This document shows, in pieces, positions 58,123 to 64,000 of a DNA stretch of 64,000 nt; positions within the stretch are counted from its first letter, which is position 1, and each line of letters begins with the position of its first letter. The notes beneath the pieces are model-generated. The model had not been told where the DNA came from, made no database searches, and worked only from the letters and a program-made list of their open reading frames with translations. Source of the stretch: Acidobacteriota bacterium (GTDB taxonomy: Bacteria > Acidobacteriota > UBA890 > WLXD01). The DNA is taken from positions 32,001 to 96,000 of the forward strand of contig CBDFKD010000001.1 in NCBI GenBank assembly GCA_965248695.1. Reading direction: 5' to 3'. The position numbers and the translations under genes were made by a program.

Positions 58123-58860
58123 CTAGCCACGATCGCCGACGCGGGAGGCCAACGAGATTCCCGCGAGCATGCGTCCGGCAGCGTCGCCGTCACGACGGTA
58201 GGAGTGGAAGGTGTCCGGTTCCGAGTACGTGCAGCGTCCGGTGGTCTGCACGCGAGATGGCTCCACACCGCACGCCTCGAGCTGATATCGGGCCGCGCCC
58301 GCCAGATCACAGAGCCAGGTTTGGCGGGGGTCGCGCTCCGGGTCGAGCTCTTGGCGCGGCTCACTGAAGACGTCCGTCGGTAATCCAGCGGCACGGAAAC
58401 TGGTCACGACATCGTCCGCCACACGGTACGCGCCGGGGCCGATGCACGGGCCCAGCGCTGCGTCGCAGTCCTGAGGATGGGTGCCGAATTCCCGCGCCAG
58501 CGATCCCATCATCGCCGGTAGCACCCCGAGAGCGATGCCACGCCAGCCAGCGTGCGCGGCTCCGATCGAGCCGCTTCGGGCATCGAACACCAGCACCGGG
58601 AGGCAGTCGGCAGTGGCGATACCCAGCGTCAAGCCGAGCCGCCGGGTGATCAGCGCATCGCCGGCAGGACGATCGTCGATCGATGCGCTCTGGAACGGGG
58701 ACAGGTCCGTGGTGGCGTCGATGAGCAACACGTCGCTGCCGTGCACCTGACGCGCTCGCACGAGGGGAGACGGTAGGAGATCACCGAGTTGTCCCTGCCG
58801 GGTCTCGAATCCGTGCGCAGCAGCCAGCCCGGGGACGCGCAACACGCTCTCCGGTGCCAC
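58123..58860 (-). CDS. pgeF: Peptidoglycan editing factor / purine nucleoside phosphorylase YfiH-like
   Basis: QVHG, TADCLPV, AHAGWRG, GPCIG, CT...FHSYRRD. Confidence 0.92.
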   Translation of the reverse strand: MAPESVLRVPGLAAAHGFETRQGQLGDLLPSPLVRARQVHGSDVLLIDATTDLSPFQSASIDDRPAGDALITRRLGLTLGIATADCLPVLVFDARSGSIGAAHAGWRGIALGVLPAMMGSLAREFGTHPQDCDAALGPCIGPGAYRVADDVVTSFRAAGLPTDVFSEPRQELDPERDPRQTWLCDLAGAARYQLEACGVEPSRVQTTGRCTYSEPDTFHSYRRDGDAAGRMLAGISLASRVGDRG

Positions 58861-58863
58861 AGC

Positions 58864-60597
58864 TCAGCCCGTAGCGGCCATCGACGACGGTGCCTCAGCA
58901 GCCACCTGCAGCGCTTTGTCCCACTGATTGGTGAGCGCCGGAAGCCCGGGGCCGACGTGCAGGTGTCCCCACGGTGTCGGCTCGGCGGGATCGCGCTGCC
59001 GCAGAAACTCCTGCATGGGTACACCGTGGGTCTCGGACCAGGTGCGGAATGCCTGGCGCCAATCGCCGCACTGATGCCATTCTTCGAGAAGATCGGCGAC
59101 GCGACGATCGCCGCGCGACATGACCGCCTGGATCTCCGCCGCTCGTGGCGGCATGGCATCGATCACCAGGTTGGGGACCCTGGCTGCTCGTCGGCGCAGC
59201 CACTTGAGCTTGGCGCGGTAGCTGCGCGTGTCGAGCTGCGGCGCCCACTGGAGCGGCGTTCCGGGCTTCGGGATCAGGCAGTTGATCGACATGGTGATTG
59301 TGCCGATGCGGCCGCGGGCGCGGCCCTCGTCGATCATGATGTCGCGCATCTTTTGTCCGAGCTCGACGATGGCCTCGAGATCTTCGTCGGTCTCGCCCGG
59401 AAGCCCGATGATGATGTAGTTCTTCAGGTTCAGCGCGCCGGCGCGGAATATCATGCGCGTCTTGTCGAGGATCTCCTCGTTGGTGATCTTCTTCATGATC
59501 AGCCGGCGCATGCGGTCGCTGCCGGCCTCGGGGGCGATGGTGATCGTCCGTTGACCCGAGTCCACCACCGTTTGCAGCAATGGCTCACTGAGGGTCGAGA
59601 TGATGAGGCTGGGGCTGAAGACGCGAAATCCACGCTCGCGGAGGCCCATGGCAATGGCCTCGATGTCCGGATGGTCGAGCAACGCTGTGGCTACCAGCCC
59701 GACGCGATCGGTATATCGCCGCCAGGGTTCCACTGCTCGCAGAACGTCTTCGACGCTATGAACACGGAAAGGCAGGATGCTGTATCCGACCCAGCAATAA
59801 CGGCACCCCTTCGTACAGCCCCGCGCCACCTCGACCAGCACGCGGTCCCCCATCTCACTGTCGGGGGCGAGAATCGCGGTCGCGGCGACGCGGTCGGCGC
59901 CGTCGAAGCGCGCCCGTACCTTGGTGATCGTGGCGGGGGCCGGGGGTAGCGCTTCGAGAGCGGCGAAACGGGCGGCGGCACCTGGCTCGGGAGATTCGTA
60001 GCGCGGCTCGTAGAACGCCGGTACGTAGAAGCCTTGGCGTGTAGCGAGGCCCTCGAGGAGCTCCTGTCGAGACGAGGCCCCGAGCGCAGCATCCAGGAGC
60101 GGTGCCAGTAGCTCCTCGCCTTCGCCGAGACAGCAAACGTCGAGAAAGGGCGCCACGGGCTCCGGGTTGATCGACACCGCGGCACCACCCATGACCACGA
60201 GCGGGTGGCGCTCGTCGCGTTCGGTGGCGCGCAGCGGAATTCCTGCTAACTCGAGGATTCGCAACAGGTTGGGGTAGTCGTTCTCGAAGGAAGCCGAGAA
60301 CGCCAGGACGTCGAAATCAGCGACCGGCGTCGTTGACTCGAGGCTGAATAGCCTCGTGCCGGTACGGACGTATTCGGCCAGATGCTCGTCGTCCGGAAGG
60401 AATACCCGTTCGCAGCTGACGTCCGGATGCGCGTTCGCCTGGCGGTACACGCTGTGGAGGCCGAGATTCGCCATGCCGACGGCGTAGGTGTTCGGATACG
60501 CGAGCAGCATCCGGAGCCTGGCGCTGCTCGGCGTGGCGAGCGCGATTTCGCCGGCCAGTCGTGTGCGCGCGGTCTGGTGTAGGTCCAATCCGTACAC
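58864..60597 (-). CDS. Radical SAM protein with B12-binding-like N-terminal region
   Basis: YPNTYAVGMANLG, EVARGCTKGCRYC, APEAGSDRMR, IGLPGET, PKPGTP; GTG start inferred. Confidence 0.88.
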   Translation of the reverse strand: MYGLDLHQTARTRLAGEIALATPSSARLRMLLAYPNTYAVGMANLGLHSVYRQANAHPDVSCERVFLPDDEHLAEYVRTGTRLFSLESTTPVADFDVLAFSASFENDYPNLLRILELAGIPLRATERDERHPLVVMGGAAVSINPEPVAPFLDVCCLGEGEELLAPLLDAALGASSRQELLEGLATRQGFYVPAFYEPRYESPEPGAAARFAALEALPPAPATITKVRARFDGADRVAATAILAPDSEMGDRVLVEVARGCTKGCRYCWVGYSILPFRVHSVEDVLRAVEPWRRYTDRVGLVATALLDHPDIEAIAMGLRERGFRVFSPSLIISTLSEPLLQTVVDSGQRTITIAPEAGSDRMRRLIMKKITNEEILDKTRMIFRAGALNLKNYIIIGLPGETDEDLEAIVELGQKMRDIMIDEGRARGRIGTITMSINCLIPKPGTPLQWAPQLDTRSYRAKLKWLRRRAARVPNLVIDAMPPRAAEIQAVMSRGDRRVADLLEEWHQCGDWRQAFRTWSETHGVPMQEFLRQRDPAEPTPWGHLHVGPGLPALTNQWDKALQVAAEAPSSMAATG

Positions 60598-60637
60598 TCG
60601 TCGATGATCGCGCGTCAGCGTTCGCCGCTGCGGCCTG

Positions 60638-61915
60638 CTAGTTGCGCGGGGTCTCCTGGTGGCGCAGGAAGGCCGGCACCTCGAGGTCGTCTTCCTCCAG
60701 ATCAAACGCCTTGTACGCCGCCGCCGGTGTGTCCGCCGCCGGGTCCGGTTGGTTCCCCGCTGCTGCCGTGTCGGCTGCGAAGTAGGGTGCGTCCGCTGGT
60801 CGGGCAGGCGGCGTCACCGCCCCGCGGTGGGCCAGCACCGAGTCGTGCATGCTCGGGCATGCCTCGAAGCCGGTGGCGATTACCGTGACCTTGATGGTGC
60901 CCTCGAGTGCCTCGTCGATGACTGCGCCGAACAGGATGTTGGCGTCTTCGTCGGCGGCGGCGTGAATGATCGTCGACGCTTCGTTTACCTCGTGCAACGT
61001 CATGCCCGGGCCGCCGGAGACGTTGATCAGCACCCCGCGGGCGCCGTCGATCGTGGTGTCCTCCAGCAACGGCGAATGGATTGCGGCGTGTGCCGCCTCG
61101 GCCGCGCGCTTGTCGCCGTCGCGCATGGCGGTGCCCATGATCGCCATGCCCATGCCGGACATCACGGTGCGAACATCGGCGAAGTCCAGGTTGATGAGAC
61201 CCGGGACGAGGATGAGATCAGCGATACCCTGGACTCCCTGATGCAATACCTGGTCGGCGTGACGGAACGCATCGATCAGCGGCGTATCGGGTGCCACCGT
61301 GGCCAGTAGACGATCGTTCGGGACCGCGATCAGCGTGTCGACTGCCTCCTGCAGCTCCTTGAGGCCGAGGTCCGCCTGCATCATCCGCCGGCGCCCCTCG
61401 AACGAGAACGGCTTCGTCACCACCGCAACGGTGAGTGCGCCGAGCTCGTTAGCGAGGCGAGCGATCACCGGCGCTGCCCCAGTAGCCGTGCCACCCCCCA
61501 ACCCGCCGGTGACGAATACCATGTCGGCACCCTCGAGCGCCGCGACGATCCGATCGGTGTCCTCGAGCGCTGCCTGTCGACCGATCTCTGGGTTGGCGCC
61601 GGCTCCCAAACCGCGCGTCAGATTGGTGCCGAGCTGGAGCTTCGATGGCGCCGTGTTGGATTCGAGCGCCTGCACGTCGGTATTGGCGGCGATGAACTCC
61701 ACGCCCTTGAGTCCAGCCATCATCATCCGGGTGATGGCGTTGCCGCCCCCACCGCCTACTCCGACCACCTTGATGTACGCGTTGTGACGCATCGAATCTC
61801 CCGGCAATAGCGTCATGGGGTGGTCCGAGAGAAGCGGGTCGGCACTCGCCGGTGCGGCGTCTGGAGCGCTCGATTGCTCGAGCTCCGGCTGCTGGGCCCA
61901 CTTGTCGTCCGTCAT
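60638..61915 (-). CDS. ftsZ: Cell division protein FtsZ
   Basis: [37 protein letters not shown]-terminal LEVPAFLR. Confidence 0.98.
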   Translation of the reverse strand: MTDDKWAQQPELEQSSAPDAAPASADPLLSDHPMTLLPGDSMRHNAYIKVVGVGGGGGNAITRMMMAGLKGVEFIAANTDVQALESNTAPSKLQLGTNLTRGLGAGANPEIGRQAALEDTDRIVAALEGADMVFVTGGLGGGTATGAAPVIARLANELGALTVAVVTKPFSFEGRRRMMQADLGLKELQEAVDTLIAVPNDRLLATVAPDTPLIDAFRHADQVLHQGVQGIADLILVPGLINLDFADVRTVMSGMGMAIMGTAMRDGDKRAAEAAHAAIHSPLLEDTTIDGARGVLINVSGGPGMTLHEVNEASTIIHAAADEDANILFGAVIDEALEGTIKVTVIATGFEACPSMHDSVLAHRGAVTPPARPADAPYFAADTAAAGNQPDPAADTPAAAYKAFDLEEDDLEVPAFLRHQETPRN

Positions 61916-61964
61916 CCCCGTTCCTCCCAGACTCTACGATTCAACTTCGCTGGCGGTGCGTTGC

Positions 61965-63203
61965 TCAGAACAAGTCGGCAAGCCAGCGTGCGAATCGACC
62001 GCGTACCCGGCGAATGAACGTCGGGTCGCGGACTTCGAATCGCGACGCTACCCCGCTATTCCGATGGCCGTACAAGGCCAGTCCTACGGCGGTCGAGTAG
62101 CCGGGCCCCGACACCAAGTCGACGAGCCCGGTCACCTCGTTAGGGACGCCGACGCGCACCGGCAGCCCGAATCGCTGCTCAGCCGTTTCCGCCAATCCCT
62201 CGAGCAAAGCGCCGCCCCCTGTAAGCACGATGCCGGCGTGGAGTACATCCGCGAAACCGGAACGCCGAATATCGTCACGCACCAAGTCAAGAATCTCCAC
62301 TGCCCTCGGCCTAAGGATCTCACAAAGTTGCCTTCGAGGCACCAGCGATGAAGCACGTCCACCGATTCCCGGGACCTCGACCGATTGATCGTCAGGCACC
62401 AGGTCGGGCAGCACAACGCCGTGGCGGACCTTGATCTTCTCGGCCTCAGGGAGCGGTGTCTTGAGTACGACCGAAACGTCGTTGGTGAAGCTCTCGCCCC
62501 CGACGGGGAACACCGACGTGTGACATACGGCACCGCCCTGGAAGCACACCAGATCGGTGGTGCCGCCTCCGATATCGATCAGCGCGACCCCGAGCTCGCG
62601 CTCGTCACGCGACAAGACAGCCTCGTTGGCGGCAAGCGCCTCCAGCACCACGGCTTGCACCTCGATGCCGCCGTGGTTGGCGCAATTCACCAGGTTCTGA
62701 ATCGCCGAGACCGACGCCACCACCAGGTGGAGGTTGACCTCGAGTCGCTTCGCCGACATGCCGAGTGGATCGATAATGTTGTCCTGGCCGTCGATGAGGA
62801 ACTGCTGCGGCAGCAGGTGGACGATCTCGCGGTCGCCGGGCAGGTCGAGGTCGCTGGCGGCGTCGATCACGCGTCGGATGTCGTCTTCGGTGACCTCCCG
62901 GGCGCGGCTGTCGAGGCCGACGGCGCCACGGCTGTTGAAGCCGCGCACATGGTTGCCGGTGGCGCTGACCCAGGCCCGGTCGACGCTCACGCCTGCCATC
63001 AGCTCGGCCTCTTCCACGGCGGCCTTGATGGATTCGACCGTACTTTCTATGTCGACCACTACGCCCTTCTTCTGGCCGCGCGACGACGCCAGACCGACGC
63101 CGATCACCTCGAGCTCATCGTCTGGATGGCCCTCCGCGATGACGGCGCACACTTTGGTCGTCCCGATATCGAGGCCGACCACATAGCGTTCGAGACGCGC
63201 CAC
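61965..63203 (-). CDS. ftsA: Cell division protein FtsA
   Basis: GLDIGTTK, AELMAG, DIGGGTTD, AEKIK, VLTGGGA, C-terminal amphipathic helix. Confidence 0.97.
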   Translation of the reverse strand: MARLERYVVGLDIGTTKVCAVIAEGHPDDELEVIGVGLASSRGQKKGVVVDIESTVESIKAAVEEAELMAGVSVDRAWVSATGNHVRGFNSRGAVGLDSRAREVTEDDIRRVIDAASDLDLPGDREIVHLLPQQFLIDGQDNIIDPLGMSAKRLEVNLHLVVASVSAIQNLVNCANHGGIEVQAVVLEALAANEAVLSRDERELGVALIDIGGGTTDLVCFQGGAVCHTSVFPVGGESFTNDVSVVLKTPLPEAEKIKVRHGVVLPDLVPDDQSVEVPGIGGRASSLVPRRQLCEILRPRAVEILDLVRDDIRRSGFADVLHAGIVLTGGGALLEGLAETAEQRFGLPVRVGVPNEVTGLVDLVSGPGYSTAVGLALYGHRNSGVASRFEVRDPTFIRRVRGRFARWLADLF

Positions 63204-63209
63204 AGTCGG

Positions 63210-64000
63210 CTAGTCCTCCAATCCGGTGTCCGATTCGGGCTGGCGTACGACCACCATTTCGCGGTAACGGAGGTCGACGATCGCGCTGTCGGGCAAGGTG
63301 CGCCGGGCCATCAACGAGCGCAGGTTGTCGAGCTTGATCTCCAGGCGCGACGCGTCGCCGAGTTGCACCGTGCGCAACGGACGGGCCAGCACCAGTGCCA
63401 CGCCGCTTGGCTCGAGCCGCAGATAGGCGACCTGGCCGAAGAGGTCACGGCGTGTCTGGCGCAGCGAGTCAACGATCGCCACTGCATCATCGAAGGATGC
63501 GCCGCCCGGTACGTGACGGGGCACCCGTCGCGTCGCGTCGAGCGCTGGCCGCAAAGCGTTCGTCATACGCAAGCGCGGGAGGCTCGGATCGGTCTGCGGG
63601 TCGCGACCGAGCAGGACGCCGTCCTGTGACACCAACCAGGCACCGTCTGGAGCATGCAGACGGCCCCAGGGTCCGCGCAGCGATACCTCGACCCCGAGCG
63701 TCCGCGGCAGCATCCGGCGCACGCGTGCGGTACGCACCTGTGGGATTTGCTCGACGAGCGTTCGTAGCGGGTCGAGGTCAAGCATCAGAAGGTTGCGCCC
63801 GAGAACCGGTTCGAGACGGTCGCGCACCACCTCGCGCAAGCGCTCGGGAACCGCTTCCAAGGCGAGCTCGCGCAAGACAAAGCTGTCATCGTCGGCAGCG
63901 TAGCCGTATCCCGCGTATGCCAGACCGCCACCGAAGGCGACGCCCGACGCGACCATCATGAGCTGCCCGAAGATCGCCAGGCTGCTACGCCGCCGCAGCG
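63210..64000 (-). CDS. ftsQ: Cell division protein FtsQ/DivIB (start probably beyond the window)
   Basis: TM then POTRA (GRNLLMLDL...VRRMLPRTL), C-terminal VDLRY; upstream of ftsA; frame open to the window edge. Confidence 0.85.
   Translation of the reverse strand, partial: LRRRSSLAIFGQLMMVASGVAFGGGLAYAGYGYAADDDSFVLRELALEAVPERLREVVRDRLEPVLGRNLLMLDLDPLRTLVEQIPQVRTARVRRMLPRTLGVEVSLRGPWGRLHAPDGAWLVSQDGVLLGRDPQTDPSLPRLRMTNALRPALDATRRVPRHVPGGASFDDAVAIVDSLRQTRRDLFGQVAYLRLEPSGVALVLARPLRTVQLGDASRLEIKLDNLRSLMARRTLPDSAIVDLRYREMVVVRQPESDTGLED

Noticed and set aside
1-64000. CRISPR array, rRNA, tmRNA/RNase P RNA, and the many long antisense ORFs in the ORF track
   Set aside because: No regularly spaced repeats or RNA-gene signatures were seen; long antisense and alternative-frame ORFs are expected shadows in high-GC DNA

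Overview
High-GC Gram-negative chromosomal segment; the gene content best fits Acidobacteriota (inference). Core blocks are rnr-gatB-ftsE-ftsX-mutS2-dnaG (23.3-33.4 kb), zinc-ribbon/rnhA and the end of the dcw cluster (ftsQ-ftsA-ftsZ-radical SAM-pgeF). Two tRNAs mark accessory DNA. (1) tRNA-Leu(CAG) carries a 2.7-kb decayed integrative element with a displaced tRNA 3' half, a swapped variable arm, arm-type repeats, a tyrosine integrase remnant and an M12 metallopeptidase cargo; it lies next to a SoxR-like module with a 19-bp-spacer promoter. (2) tRNA(CAT), probably Ile2, is followed by about 21 kb of accessory genes. The best candidate for an undescribed system is there: a NarL/LuxR regulator, a sensor kinase with an integrin-like FG-GAP propeller, matching 7-2-7 palindromes, and four progressively truncated paralogs of an unrecognised secreted Lys-rich protein. 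The right half also holds a family of CTAG-targeting, hairpin-rich miniature elements: three ~270-bp copies sitting on TAG stop codons, two collapsed 17-25 bp relics and one 159-bp in-frame insertion. No CRISPR array or rRNA was seen.
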